Positions 19,214-29,620 are shown, counted from the first letter of the stretch. The stretch is 64,000 bases of DNA from Longimicrobiales bacterium (GCA_965202985.1 CBDBCF010000001.1:2112001-2176000); one strand, 5' to 3'. Made by a program: numbers and translations. The notes: generated from the sequence alone by a model not told the origin.

Positions 19214-21405
19214 CGCAATCCGCGAACGTCAAAATCCACCGCCTCGTGCAAGCGCCGAAGTTGCTTGCCGCCAAACCGCCGCACTGCGATATCTCCGTTT
19301 TCTTGCCCCAACACATAACAAGCGATGTCGTCCGTGCGATAGTCGTTCACCAGCAAAGCATCCAACGCCTCTTTGCTGTGCGTGGTGAGAAACACCTGCA
19401 CATTGAGCTTGACCGCGAGCTTCTGAACAATGAGCGTGAATCCAGAAAACAAGTCCTTGTGCATTGCATTCTCGAATTCGTCGACAAGCAAGACGCCACC
19501 ACGAACACCCGCAAACAACAGGCCGATCTCGAAGACCCGTCGCACTCCTTCCCCAAACCACGACCGATCCGGCGCCGTTGCGAAGTCTCGATGAGATACC
19601 AAGAATCGATTGAACCGGTCTGCCAGTTCGATATTGCGGAGGCCTGAGTCAATCTCGTTTCGAATAAAGTCGATGACTTCCGCCTTGGTTCCCGCCTCCA
19701 GACTTGCCTTGTTGGAGCGGGCAAGCACGGCGGGTCGACTGGCGTAGAACGGACTCGTGAACGCCGTCCGGCACAGCCAATGCTGGCCATCAAATGTCGT
19801 GCGCCGCCGCCGGTCGCTAAAGAATGCGGTCTCCGTTCTTTGGGCACGACTGCCGTAGCAGGACATGACCATCAGTTTGGTCAAGAACGTCGTCTGATCG
19901 CCAATGTCGGCATCCGGCACGCGCACGACGTTGGTGGTGAAGCTCGCGTGATTGTCGTCAACGGCGTCGAATACTCCCGACACTTGCACGGAGTCGGGAA
20001 GCTGATCGGCGATCCAGGCTGGTTCGGGGTCGCCTTCGATTCGGCTTCGCCAACGGAGTACGTCCAAGAGGGCTCGTTCGTCGTTCTGGCGAGCGAGCAG
20101 ATAGACCGCTTCCAGCAACGACGTCTTGCCGGCGTTGTTGACGCCCACGATCACGTTGACGCGACCAAGGTCCTCAAGGGCGATTCCGCCGATGCCTCGA
20201 TAGTTGTCGACGCAAAGAGACGAAAACTGTGATTTAGTGATCTCATTGAAGGGTTGCCAGGGCAGGCGTTCGCCAGTGGTTGGCGGACGACGCTTGTGTG
20301 CCAGAGAAACTCCTTGGAGACGGCCGATGAATTGGTCTACCCGGTCCAGATTTTCGGGCTTCAACTCGCCGATCCGCCGAGTGACCTTGTCGATTCCGGC
20401 ATCCAAAGCGCCAAGTACGCGCTCGATCTCGCTCTTGACGAGCTGTTCGCTGGACAACGCGGCTTCTTGAAGACTTCTCGTTTCCTCCAGGCGTGAAAGT
20501 GCATCGGGATCGTCGATCAGCTTCGCCAAGTCGCGAACCTGGATCGCAGACGTGATCACCGCATCCGGCGTTGGTCGCGAGTCGTCCGATTGACTGTCTT
20601 CTTCCTCGAGCGTGACATCCTTCGACATCCAGGCAAACAGCCGGTCGAGGTTGGACTGATTTGCAACGGAACGGGTGGACTCGTCCCACCCCAACCATTT
20701 GCGCATCCCTGGGCTCCTCAGGACTTCGCGGAAAAGGTTGTACTTGTCCGAGCGGAATTCATCGCCGTAGTCTCTGGCCTTGTACATTTCGATCAATGCG
20801 AGAGTGCGAATGGACAAATTGAATTCGCGCTTGCTGACGCCCAACGCCCGACACACGGCATCGGCATCCTCGAAATGATCGAGAAGCGTCTTCATTGCCA
20901 ACGCTCGATTGATGGCGGGCCATCGTCGCTTGCCCGTGATGTGATGAAGCCCCATCATGATCATGCGATGGTGCTCGTCGGCATCGTCGTAGACGACAAC
21001 GGGCAGGGACGAAAAGCGGTTGCTGTCCAAGTTGCCGAGGTCGATCGAGTCTTCGGCGTGGCGGATCTGGAGGTGCTTCAGCGTAGCAACGCGCCGATTC
21101 CCTTCGATGACCAAGTACCGGCCCTTGCCCTTGCTGTGGACCAGGAGTGGATCGATGTCCAGCCACCCGTTCTCCTTGATGCTGGCAATCAGATCGCGAA
21201 CTTGATCCTGATTGCGGCCCAGGACGAAGGTCGCGGTTCGTCTCTGAACGTCCGCATCGAGTTCTCGTTCCGGCAGGATCCGGCGGTAGTCGGGGTGGTC
21301 GACGATCCGAAAGTTGTTCGGATCAAGGTAGAGGTTTTTGAGGGACACGGACCGGCGGTTGCCGTGCGCAATGGATTCGCCGCTCGTGGTTGGCTGGTCG
21401 CTCAT
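19210..21405 (-). CDS. ParB/Srx-like N-terminal domain fused to AAA_15/AAA_21-type ABC ATPase
   Basis: LYLDPNNFR and YLVIEGNRRVATLK (ParB-like); Walker A GVNNAGKTS, FGEG, Walker B LLVDEFEN, H-loop LTTHS. Confidence 0.85.
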   Translation of the reverse strand: MSDQPTTSGESIAHGNRRSVSLKNLYLDPNNFRIVDHPDYRRILPERELDADVQRRTATFVLGRNQDQVRDLIASIKENGWLDIDPLLVHSKGKGRYLVIEGNRRVATLKHLQIRHAEDSIDLGNLDSNRFSSLPVVVYDDADEHHRMIMMGLHHITGKRRWPAINRALAMKTLLDHFEDADAVCRALGVSKREFNLSIRTLALIEMYKARDYGDEFRSDKYNLFREVLRSPGMRKWLGWDESTRSVANQSNLDRLFAWMSKDVTLEEEDSQSDDSRPTPDAVITSAIQVRDLAKLIDDPDALSRLEETRSLQEAALSSEQLVKSEIERVLGALDAGIDKVTRRIGELKPENLDRVDQFIGRLQGVSLAHKRRPPTTGERLPWQPFNEITKSQFSSLCVDNYRGIGGIALEDLGRVNVIVGVNNAGKTSLLEAVYLLARQNDERALLDVLRWRSRIEGDPEPAWIADQLPDSVQVSGVFDAVDDNHASFTTNVVRVPDADIGDQTTFLTKLMVMSCYGSRAQRTETAFFSDRRRRTTFDGQHWLCRTAFTSPFYASRPAVLARSNKASLEAGTKAEVIDFIRNEIDSGLRNIELADRFNRFLVSHRDFATAPDRSWFGEGVRRVFEIGLLFAGVRGGVLLVDEFENAMHKDLFSGFTLIVQKLAVKLNVQVFLTTHSKEALDALLVNDYRTDDIACYVLGQENGDIAVRRFGGKQLRRLHEAVDFDVRGLR

Positions 21406-21446
21406 GGCCTCGCCTTTCGATCAGCGTCTGAAGCGGTCGCCCGGAA

Positions 21447-22748
21447 CTACCCCTCCGCCTCCAGCGGTTCGGGGTCCACGGGGGGCTGCCACACCTGGAT
21501 GACCGGAAACGTGGCCAAGAACCAGCGCACGGCCCACGCGAACAGGCCCAGGAATCCGATGCCGATCAAGGGGGTCCAATGCGAGAACACGGGATCGCCT
21601 TCGTGGTGCAGGGACGGGAAGATCAGCATGTAGTGCCACAGCCACAGCCCTGCCAAGATCACGAGCGCGAACGCCTGCAGGATCTTGCCCGTCTTCTTGG
21701 GGCGCACGCCGAGCAAGCCCGCGAACGGCACGACGAAGCACAAGACGATGACCGCTGCCGACAAGCCGCCCCAAGGTTCGCCTGCGCGCGTCGCGACCCA
21801 CGCCTGTTCCCAGGGGAGCTTGCCGTACCAAATCACGATGTACTGGGACCAGAACAGGTAGGTCCAGAAGACCGTGAAGGCGAACACCAGCTTGCCCAAG
21901 TCCCACAGCACCGCCGTGCCGATCTGCTCGTCGAGCGTCCGGTCCTTGCCCTTGAGCCATACGGCGGCGACTGCCGTGGCCGCGAGACCGCCCCAGAAGG
22001 CGCCCATGAAGAACCAGCCGCCGAACAGCGTGGAGAACCAGTGCGGCTCCAGGGACATGGCCCAGTCGAAGGCCAGCACGGTCATGACCACTACGAAGAC
22101 CAGCACCAGCACCGGCGCGATCCGGGTCATGCGCAGATAGCTGCGCTCTTCTTCGACGGCTTGGCCGGCCCAATCGCCGCTCAGGCGGTCGCGCCAACGG
22201 GCGCGCTGTTCGCCCCCTGCGTCCGTCCCCGCATCTCTGGGCTTGTCGCGGCCACCCAGGTCGGGACGCAGCGCCAAGTAGACGAACCCCAGCGCCAGGC
22301 CGAACAGCGCAAGCACGCCGACGGCGTTGCGGGCGACCAGGAACGGGATGTTCAGCCACGTGGCCTTCTTTTGCACGATGGGGTCGTGAGCCATCATGTC
22401 GATCCACGGGAAGTAGTCCTCCCGCAGAAAGGCCAGCATGGGAATGAACAGCGCGAAGGCTATCGGCAAGTAGGCCGCGAACGACTGGTGCAGGCGGCGA
22501 ACCGGGCGATTCCACTTGGCCTTGGTGATCCACGTGACCGCCGCAACGATCACGCCCCCAAGAGAGATCGAGGCGAAGTAGTTCCAGTTGACCACGTACG
22601 ATTTCCAGGCCAGCGCCGGGTCCGTGGCCAGCGCTGCAACGAACGACACTGCGCCGATCAGGACCATTGCTCCGATCAGCGCTTTGGTGGTCGCGGGGCG
22701 CTCCAGGTAGCGAACCGGGAACCGGTCGGGAGCCGAATGGTCGCTCAC
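21447..22748 (-). CDS. actF: alternative complex III membrane subunit ActF
   Basis: Polytopic; FDWAMSLEPHWFST, WTYLFWSQYIVIWYG; GTG start overlaps the actE stop. Confidence 0.88.
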   Translation of the reverse strand: MSDHSAPDRFPVRYLERPATTKALIGAMVLIGAVSFVAALATDPALAWKSYVVNWNYFASISLGGVIVAAVTWITKAKWNRPVRRLHQSFAAYLPIAFALFIPMLAFLREDYFPWIDMMAHDPIVQKKATWLNIPFLVARNAVGVLALFGLALGFVYLALRPDLGGRDKPRDAGTDAGGEQRARWRDRLSGDWAGQAVEEERSYLRMTRIAPVLVLVFVVVMTVLAFDWAMSLEPHWFSTLFGGWFFMGAFWGGLAATAVAAVWLKGKDRTLDEQIGTAVLWDLGKLVFAFTVFWTYLFWSQYIVIWYGKLPWEQAWVATRAGEPWGGLSAAVIVLCFVVPFAGLLGVRPKKTGKILQAFALVILAGLWLWHYMLIFPSLHHEGDPVFSHWTPLIGIGFLGLFAWAVRWFLATFPVIQVWQPPVDPEPLEAEG

Positions 22749-23386
22749 GGTTGGCTCTCCGCGTCCGCGCCTTCGGCCGTCTCCGCGCCTTCGCTCCCCG
22801 TGTCCACGCCCTGCAGCTGCCGCACGTAGTTGACCAGGTGCCAGCGGTCGTAGTGACCGATCTGATGACCGTAGCCGGGCATGAGTCCGCGGCCCACCCG
22901 GATCATGCCGTAGACGTAGCCGTCGGTGAGCGCCACGGCCCGGTCGCCCCGCAAGGGATAGGCGGCCATCGCCGGGTGCACCTCGAAGATGTAGCCCGTG
23001 GTGCCGGCCCCGTCGTGCCCGTGACACACGATGCAGACGCGCTCGTAGAGCTCCTCGCCTCGGGCCAGGGACTGGGGCGAAGCCGGCACGGGGTTGGTCA
23101 GGCTGTCCACGACCTCGGGTTGGTTGGTCATGTCCAGCTGCGTGAAGGGAGGCGGCACGTCCAGGGCGCCCTCGGGCTGACCCAGGGCGACCTGGAAGGG
23201 ACCAGCGGCGTAGTTGCCGGCCGACATCGGCACGGCGCCCTCCGGGGGCAGCAACGTGTTCTCGTAGGGATCGAACGAACGCTGATCCCTCATGCTCCTG
23301 CCGAAGACGCCGGCCATGAAGTCGTCCAAGGGGACGCACGCGCCGGCGAACAAGACCGCCAGCAATAAGGTCGCGACGCTACGCAT
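22745..23386 (-). CDS. actE: alternative complex III monoheme cytochrome c lipoprotein ActE
   Basis: Lipobox FAGAC, CIVCH heme motif, GRGLMPGY. Confidence 0.88.
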   Translation of the reverse strand: MRSVATLLLAVLFAGACVPLDDFMAGVFGRSMRDQRSFDPYENTLLPPEGAVPMSAGNYAAGPFQVALGQPEGALDVPPPFTQLDMTNQPEVVDSLTNPVPASPQSLARGEELYERVCIVCHGHDGAGTTGYIFEVHPAMAAYPLRGDRAVALTDGYVYGMIRVGRGLMPGYGHQIGHYDRWHLVNYVRQLQGVDTGSEGAETAEGADAESQP

Positions 23387-23921
23387 CGAACCCCTCCGCG
23401 TCTTCGCGCAGCTCGTCCGGTTCGAAGCCGTTCAGCAGTTCGCGCACTTCGCCGGCCTTGGATGCCGGCGCCGCCACGTACACGCCGAACGAGCCGCTGG
23501 AGCAGTCGGGGTGATAGGCGACGCGCGGCCGGAAGTTGGGCAAGCCGGCGTTGATGAACAGGCCGATCACTGTGGAAAGCGCCCCGAACAGGATCGCGCA
23601 CTCGAACGCGATCACCACGTAGGCGGGGATCGAGTACAAGGGTTTGCCGCCGGTGATCAGGGGCCAGTCCATCGATGTCCAGGTCGTGAAGGCGAAGCCC
23701 GTTGCCGCTCCCGTGAGCGCTCCGGCCAGGGTGAACACGCGCACGGGGCTGTGCTCCAGCGCCAAGCCGTCTTCCAGCAGGTGGTGCTCCGGCAGCGGCG
23801 CAAAGGCCCGAAACTTCTTGTACCCCGCCGCCCGTAGCGCCTTGCAAGCGCCGATCGTCGAGTCCAGGTGCTCGAAGAGGGCGAAGAACCCCTGGCGTCC
23901 GCCCCGCCGCCGCTCAGCCAT
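23379..23921 (-). CDS. actD: alternative complex III subunit ActD (DUF3341)
   Basis: DWPLITGGKP..IPAYVVIAFECAILFG; operon position. Confidence 0.88.
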   Translation of the reverse strand: MAERRRGGRQGFFALFEHLDSTIGACKALRAAGYKKFRAFAPLPEHHLLEDGLALEHSPVRVFTLAGALTGAATGFAFTTWTSMDWPLITGGKPLYSIPAYVVIAFECAILFGALSTVIGLFINAGLPNFRPRVAYHPDCSSGSFGVYVAAPASKAGEVRELLNGFEPDELREDAEGFDA

Positions 23922-25323
23922 GCCGCACCTCCTTCGCCGCGCCCTTCATGGGCGGCGGAATCACTTCCTTCATCTCGGCGATCGCCACCGGCGGCAGCAA
24001 CCGGGTGAACAGCAGGAACCAGAAGCCGAACCAGGCGAAGCTGCCCACCAGAATGCCCATCTCCACCACCGAGGGCCGGTACAGTCCCCACGCCCAGGGT
24101 TCGTATTCGTGGGACAGGGACGTGACGATGATGACGAAGCGCTCGAACCACATGCCGATGTTGATGAAGATTGAAATCACGAACAGCGCCGCGATCGAGC
24201 GTCGAACCCGCTTGAACCACAGCATCAGCGGCACCAGCCCGTTGCACGTGAGCATGATCCAGTTGGCCCACCAGTAGTGGCCGAAGACGCGGTTCCAGAA
24301 CGACCCGCGCTCCGGCGGCTCCCCCGAGTACCAAGCCAGAAAGTACTCGGTCATGTAGGCGTACAGGACGATCGTCCCCGTGACCAGGCACAACTTGGCC
24401 ATCGCCTCGAAGTGCTTGACGGTGAGATAGTTCTCCAGGCCGAAGAACTTGCGCATGGGCACGGCCAGGGTGATCACCATCGCCACGCCCGAGAAGATCG
24501 CCCCGGCCACGAAGTAGGGCGCGAAGATCGTGGTGTGCCAGCCGGGCACGATCGACATCGCGAAGTCCCAAGACACCACCGAGTGGACCGACAGCACCAG
24601 CGGCGTCGCCAGGGCCGCCAAGTAGATGTACGCCTTGGAGAAGTGGTGCCACTCGCGGTCCGTGCCCCGCCATCCCAGAGAGGCGAGCTGGTAGAACTTG
24701 CGGCGCAGCCCCTTGGCGTGGTCGCGCGCCGCCGCCAAGTCCGGGATCGTGCCCAGGTAGAAGAACACGGCGGACACGGTGAAGTAGGTCGTGACCGCAA
24801 ACACGTCCCACACCAGAGGCGACCGGAAGTTGGGCCACAGGAACCGGGAGTTGGGGTAGGGCACCAGCCAGTAGGCGTGCCAAACGCGGCCCACGTGAAT
24901 CAGCGGGAACAGTCCCGCGGTCATGACGGCAAAGACGGTCATGGCCTCGGCGGCCCGGTAGATCGACTGTCGCCACGGCGCGCGCAACAGGAAGAGGATC
25001 GCCGAAATGAGCGTGCCCGAGTGAGCGATCCCGACCCAGAACACGAAGGTCGTGATGTACACGCCCCAGCCTACCGGCGCGTTCAGCCCCGAGACGCCGA
25101 TCCCTTCGTAGATCTGGTAGAACCAAGAGACGAAGAAGATGCCCACGCCTCCTGCCGCAAGACCGAAGAGCACCCACCAGCCCGGCCCAGGGCGCGAAAG
25201 AACCTTGAGGACATCCCGGTTGACGTCGTCGTAGCGGCCTACGTCGGGGTTGGGGAGCGCGCCCCGCCGCCGTCGTTGGAGCTCCGCCGCCGTTGCCGCG
25301 GCCTCGGCCGTTGCCGTCGCCAT
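23914..25323 (-). CDS. actC: alternative complex III quinol-binding subunit ActC (NrfD/PsrC family)
   Basis: FVFWVGIAHSGTLISAIL, RAAEAMTVFA, NFRSPLVWD, LVLSVHSVVSWDF, WHTTIFAPYFVAGAIFSG. Confidence 0.93.
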   Translation of the reverse strand: MATATAEAAATAAELQRRRRGALPNPDVGRYDDVNRDVLKVLSRPGPGWWVLFGLAAGGVGIFFVSWFYQIYEGIGVSGLNAPVGWGVYITTFVFWVGIAHSGTLISAILFLLRAPWRQSIYRAAEAMTVFAVMTAGLFPLIHVGRVWHAYWLVPYPNSRFLWPNFRSPLVWDVFAVTTYFTVSAVFFYLGTIPDLAAARDHAKGLRRKFYQLASLGWRGTDREWHHFSKAYIYLAALATPLVLSVHSVVSWDFAMSIVPGWHTTIFAPYFVAGAIFSGVAMVITLAVPMRKFFGLENYLTVKHFEAMAKLCLVTGTIVLYAYMTEYFLAWYSGEPPERGSFWNRVFGHYWWANWIMLTCNGLVPLMLWFKRVRRSIAALFVISIFINIGMWFERFVIIVTSLSHEYEPWAWGLYRPSVVEMGILVGSFAWFGFWFLLFTRLLPPVAIAEMKEVIPPPMKGAAKEVRHG

Positions 25324-25326
25324 GCG

Positions 25327-28300
25327 CTAGTGGCCGCCCCCGTCCACTTCGTGGTGCGTCACTTTCTTCAGGTAGTGCACGGCCGGCTGCGTGTTGATGA
25401 GTTCGTCCAGCACCCGGTACGCCCGCTCGTCGGCCGCCGCCGCCGCGACCCGCGTATCGTGGTCCTTGATGTTGCCGAAGACGATGGCGCCGGCAGGGCA
25501 CACGCTCTGACACGCCGTATAGACCTCGCCGTCGCGCACTTCCCGTCCTTCGACGGCCGCCCGTCCGCCGGCGTCGCGGATCCGCTGCACGCAGAAGGTG
25601 CACTTCTCCATGACGCCGTTGTCGCGAACCGTCACGTCCGGATTGAACTGCCAGTTCATCGGCTCGGGAATGTGTTCTTCGTCCGTGTACCGGTACCAGT
25701 TGAACACGCGCACCTTGTACGGGCAGTTGTTGGCGCAGTACCGAGTCCCCACGCAGCGGTTGTACGCCTGCGCGTTGAGGCCGTCGGGCGTGTGGTAGGC
25801 GGCGAAGACGGGGCAGACGGGTTCGCAGGGCGCGTTGTTGCAGTGCTGGCACAGCATCGGCAGGAACCGCACGTCCAGGGTGCCCGCCTGGGAAGCGTCC
25901 ACGTGCTCGTAGTAGCGCTCCATCCGCAGCCAGTGCATTTCGCGGCCGTTCATCACCTCGGTCTCTTCTACCCAGGGGATGTTGTTCTCCGCTTGGCAAG
26001 CCGTCACGCAGGCGCTGCACCCCGTGCACTTGTCCAGGTCGACGGCCATGGCCCAACGGGGGTGGTCCTCGCCGTACTCGCCGAAGTCGGAGCCGGGCAG
26101 CGGGAAGTCCTCCGCCCGCCCTTCGGTCGGCACGGGCAGGAAGCCGCCGCCCTCCTGCAGCTCGCGCAGGCCGTGGTGTCCGTGCTCCGCATCCGCGGCG
26201 TGCTGTCCGTCGTCGCTCGCGTGTCCCAGCGCCGACAGCGCCATCGCCGGCGCGACGTTGCGGTCCTCCTGTCGGGACGCGCCCTCGTTGGAGGCCAGCC
26301 TCCGCCATTCGCCGGTCGGTGTCACTTCGACGCCCGGCGCCAACAAGGCCAAGCTGTCGGAGGCGTCGTCGACCGCGCCCGGAAGCAGCTCCATCGGATT
26401 GACGCCGTTGCCGTCGGCGAAGCGCCCGTAGCTGGTGTGGCCGCCGCCCATGGCGATCGCCACCACGTCCTCGCGGATGCCCGGGTAGTCCCAAACGGGG
26501 ACCTCCACGGCCCGGTCTTCGACTGTCACGCGCACCACGTCGCCGCGCTTGAGCCCCAAGCGGTCCGCTGTGGCGGGATGGATCTCCACCCACGAGTGCC
26601 ACATGATCTTGGAGACGGGGTCGGGCAGCTCCTGGAGCCAGGGGCGGTTGGCGTGGGCACCGTCGCCGAACCGGGAAGACGGGTAGACCAGCAGCGTGAG
26701 CCCTTCCGAAGCGCCCAGCCCCGACGAGCCGAAGCCGGCGCCGGTCGTGGCGGCTTGAAGGGCGGCGGGCTGGGGCTCCGGGGCGGCGCGGGAAGCGAAT
26801 CCGGTCCTGAGCAGCTCGCGCCAGCGGGCGTCCGCGTTGTCGTCGATGCCCGCCTGCGCCCCGTTGTCCGAGGCGCGGGCCGCAACGCGCAGGTACTGGC
26901 GGAAGTTGTCGGCTCCGAAGTCGGCGCCGTTGCGTCGCCCCACTTCAAGCAGCACGTCCGCCATGGGACGCGAATCGAACAAGGGAACGGGCCGCATGAC
27001 GGGCTGCCGCACGGCGTAGGTCCCGGGCGTGGGAGAGGCGTCGCCCCACGACTCCAGCGGATGCGCGTCGGGCAGCACCAAGTCGGCCAGGGCCGTGGTC
27101 TCGTCCGGCGCCGCGGCGAACGCAACCTTGAACGGAACGTTGCCGAAGGCCTCTTGGAATCCGGCGGAAGGCGGCAGCGAATACGCCGGGTTCGTACCCG
27201 CAACCACGGCCATGCCGTAGGCGCCCGAGTTCATGTCCACCACGGCCTGCCGGAGCGCCCCGTAGGACGAAGCTTCCGAGTCCGGCGCCGACCCTACGTG
27301 CAGCGTGTTGCCCAGCGCCCCCGCCACGGAGTTCAGGACCAGGACGGCCAAGTTGGCGGCGGTCGCGGCTTCGTGGCGACCCGCAAGCCCCGGCCCCAGA
27401 GCCAAGCCGCCGCCGGCCTCGAACCTGTCCGCCAACTGCGCCAAGTCCCCAGCGCTCACCCCAGCCGCCGCTGCGGCGCGCTCCAACGTGTACTCCTCGC
27501 TGGCGACGAGCGCCTCGTACGGCCCCGGGTCTGCCGTTTCCGGGTTGCGCCGCACCAGCTCGCCAGCCACCGCCAGGGCGATCTGCGCCTCCGAGCCAGC
27601 CCGCGCCGGGATCCATTCGTCGGCGTTTTGACCCGTCAGCGAGAGGCGAGGACCGACGAATACGAAGCGCCCCTTGTCGCCGTGGTCGACGCCGTGCATC
27701 TCGGCGAACTGCGCCCCCATCTCCACCGGCGACTGCCACGTCTCCAGAAAGTCGGCCCCGAACGACACCAGGAAGTTGGCGGCCCCGATCTCGTAGCGGG
27801 GCAGGGCGGCGACCCCGAAGGCGATCCTTGCGGCCTCTCGCAACGCCGAGTCGTCCAGCGGATCGTAGACGACCCTGCGGCCCCCGACGGTTTCTGCGAA
27901 GCGGTCCAGGAACGCGGCTTCCGAAGGTCCCTTGGCTCCGGTGAGGAACAGCGCCTGCCCGGCGGCGGCGAACCGTTCCGTCAGCAGTTCCAGCGCATCG
28001 TCCCACGACACGGGGACGAGCACGCCGTCGACGCGACGAAGAGGCGTGGCCAGCCGGTCCGGGTTGTACAGCCCCTGAAGCGCCGCCACGCCCCGAGCGC
28101 AGAGGCCCCCCTTGGACACGGGATGGTCGGGGTTGCCTTCGATCATGACGGCCCGGCCTTCGCGGGTCCGAACCCGGATGCCGCAACCGGCAGCGCATTC
28201 GCCGCAGGTGGAGGCGTACCACGTGGCGACCCCCGGCGTGATCTCCTCGGGAGGCGTCACGTAGGGGATCAGGCGCTCGACCTTCTCCGTGGAGCAGCCG

Positions 28301-28368
28301 ACCGCCGCGGCCCCGGCCCCGCCGGTGCCCACGACCTTGAGGAAGTCCCGCCGCCCGAAGCCGCTCAC
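25327..28368 (-). CDS. actB: alternative complex III subunit ActB (molybdopterin-oxidoreductase-like plus Fe-S domains)
   Basis: Tat motif RRDFLK; WLQELPDPVSK; CTGCSACVTAC, CQHCNNAPCEPVCP, RCVGTRYCANNCPYK, MEKCTFC. Confidence 0.93.
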   Translation of the reverse strand: MSGFGRRDFLKVVGTGGAGAAAVGCSTEKVERLIPYVTPPEEITPGVATWYASTCGECAAGCGIRVRTREGRAVMIEGNPDHPVSKGGLCARGVAALQGLYNPDRLATPLRRVDGVLVPVSWDDALELLTERFAAAGQALFLTGAKGPSEAAFLDRFAETVGGRRVVYDPLDDSALREAARIAFGVAALPRYEIGAANFLVSFGADFLETWQSPVEMGAQFAEMHGVDHGDKGRFVFVGPRLSLTGQNADEWIPARAGSEAQIALAVAGELVRRNPETADPGPYEALVASEEYTLERAAAAAGVSAGDLAQLADRFEAGGGLALGPGLAGRHEAATAANLAVLVLNSVAGALGNTLHVGSAPDSEASSYGALRQAVVDMNSGAYGMAVVAGTNPAYSLPPSAGFQEAFGNVPFKVAFAAAPDETTALADLVLPDAHPLESWGDASPTPGTYAVRQPVMRPVPLFDSRPMADVLLEVGRRNGADFGADNFRQYLRVAARASDNGAQAGIDDNADARWRELLRTGFASRAAPEPQPAALQAATTGAGFGSSGLGASEGLTLLVYPSSRFGDGAHANRPWLQELPDPVSKIMWHSWVEIHPATADRLGLKRGDVVRVTVEDRAVEVPVWDYPGIREDVVAIAMGGGHTSYGRFADGNGVNPMELLPGAVDDASDSLALLAPGVEVTPTGEWRRLASNEGASRQEDRNVAPAMALSALGHASDDGQHAADAEHGHHGLRELQEGGGFLPVPTEGRAEDFPLPGSDFGEYGEDHPRWAMAVDLDKCTGCSACVTACQAENNIPWVEETEVMNGREMHWLRMERYYEHVDASQAGTLDVRFLPMLCQHCNNAPCEPVCPVFAAYHTPDGLNAQAYNRCVGTRYCANNCPYKVRVFNWYRYTDEEHIPEPMNWQFNPDVTVRDNGVMEKCTFCVQRIRDAGGRAAVEGREVRDGEVYTACQSVCPAGAIVFGNIKDHDTRVAAAAADERAYRVLDELINTQPAVHYLKKVTHHEVDGGGH

Positions 28369-28381
28369 CGCAAGTCCGTGC

Positions 28382-28945
28382 CTAGTAGTGACATACCGTG
28401 CAGTCGCGAGAGGCGCCGCGCTCCAAGTGGCACGAGACGCACCAGCCCATCTTCAAGTTGCCGGCCTCGGGGGCCACCTCCTGCAGGACGCCCATCTCCT
28501 GGACTTGGCCATGGCAAGTCTGGCACGCCACGCCCGCGGCCACGTGGCGGAAGTGAGGGAAGGTCACGTGGTCCGACACCTTGTAGATGCGCCGCCACGG
28601 GATCGGCGTGCCCGAGGCGTGGTACTCCCGGAGCTTGGCGACCTCTTCCGGGTTGGTCCTCCCGCCGACGATGCCTTCGCGGTGGCAACCCATGCAGGTC
28701 TCGACGGGGGGAATCCCCGCGTCCACGGACCGCTCCGCCGAGAAGTGGCAGTACTGGCACTCGATCAGGAACTGCCCGGCGTGCGTGTCGTGGGGAAACT
28801 GGATCGGCTGGCCCGTAACCGGGTCGTCCGCCGAAGCGACGGGGTCGGGGGCGGGCTCGCCCTCGGGCGTCTGCCATCCGATGAGGGTGACGACTCCTAG
28901 AACCGGAATCGCGCCCGCGCAAGCCGTCAGCCACAGCCTCTTCAT
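28382..28945 (-). CDS. actA: alternative complex III pentaheme cytochrome c ActA
   Basis: Five CxxCH motifs (CQYCH, CMGCH, CQTCH, CVSCH, CTVCH), QPIQFPH, MGWC. Confidence 0.92.
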   Translation of the reverse strand: MKRLWLTACAGAIPVLGVVTLIGWQTPEGEPAPDPVASADDPVTGQPIQFPHDTHAGQFLIECQYCHFSAERSVDAGIPPVETCMGCHREGIVGGRTNPEEVAKLREYHASGTPIPWRRIYKVSDHVTFPHFRHVAAGVACQTCHGQVQEMGVLQEVAPEAGNLKMGWCVSCHLERGASRDCTVCHY

Positions 28946-29208
28946 CTTGCGGTGGTCACCCGGGCCGCCAACGGGCCGGTTGGAGGGTTCGATGTGCGGA
29001 GCCGAAAGCCAAACGATGCGAACCGGAAGGTAGGGCTAGGGCTGGGGCGTGTCAACGACGGCGGGCCGGGCGAGCGACCGGTGGGCGCAGGGGGGCGGGA
29101 GCGACGTGTTGGCGTTGCCGGACCGAATCGGCCAAATTGAACCGCGACGCTTGCGACGGGCCGGAGTCCGGGTCCATCGTCGCGCACCCGATCTGGCGAC
29201 CCCTCGGA

Positions 29209-29610
29209 ATGGAGCTGTCCATGCCTGCCGAAATGGACCCCGTTGCAGAACAGCAGTTCAGTCCCGCTTTGGACCCCGTGGTTCTGTCGGCGGTGTCCGG
29301 CGCCCGGCTGGACGAGGCTACCGCACGTCGCATCGCCGAGGGTGTGAGCGACCTTCTTGCCCAGGTGCTGTCTGGAAGTCGCCGACCGAGGTCGCCGGAG
29401 TTCTTGAGAGACGCCTTCCTACAGGACGTTGCGCGAATGGCTGTCGAAGAGGGAATCGAACTGTCGGAAGATGACTGGACTCAGTTGTTGAACGAAGCGA
29501 TTGCGCTTGAGGTGTCGGCGAGGGCGAGCGAACAGATTCGCGCCTCGTTCGAGAGCATTCGAGGCGGCACATTGACAAGAGCCGGGTGGGCCAGTCGGCG
29601 CCGGAGCTGA
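29209..29610 (+). CDS. hypothetical protein
   Basis: Acidic, helical-looking ORF in the gap between actA and the next + gene; start uncertain. Confidence 0.4.
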   Translation: MELSMPAEMDPVAEQQFSPALDPVVLSAVSGARLDEATARRIAEGVSDLLAQVLSGSRRPRSPEFLRDAFLQDVARMAVEEGIELSEDDWTQLLNEAIALEVSARASEQIRASFESIRGGTLTRAGWASRRRS

Positions 29611-29620
29611 CGCAGGTCGG

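Noticed and set aside
24277..28818. 1513-aa + strand ORF and similar long ORFs (14642-18067, 2477-4450, 12783-14153)
   Set aside because: Antisense shadows of well-supported genes, expected in high-GC DNA; no recognisable motifs
23914..28945. Nitrite or polysulfide reductase (Nrf/Psr) or a catalytic molybdoenzyme
   Set aside because: Gene order with a pentaheme cytochrome, DUF3341, a monoheme lipoprotein and a second NrfD-like subunit identifies alternative complex III
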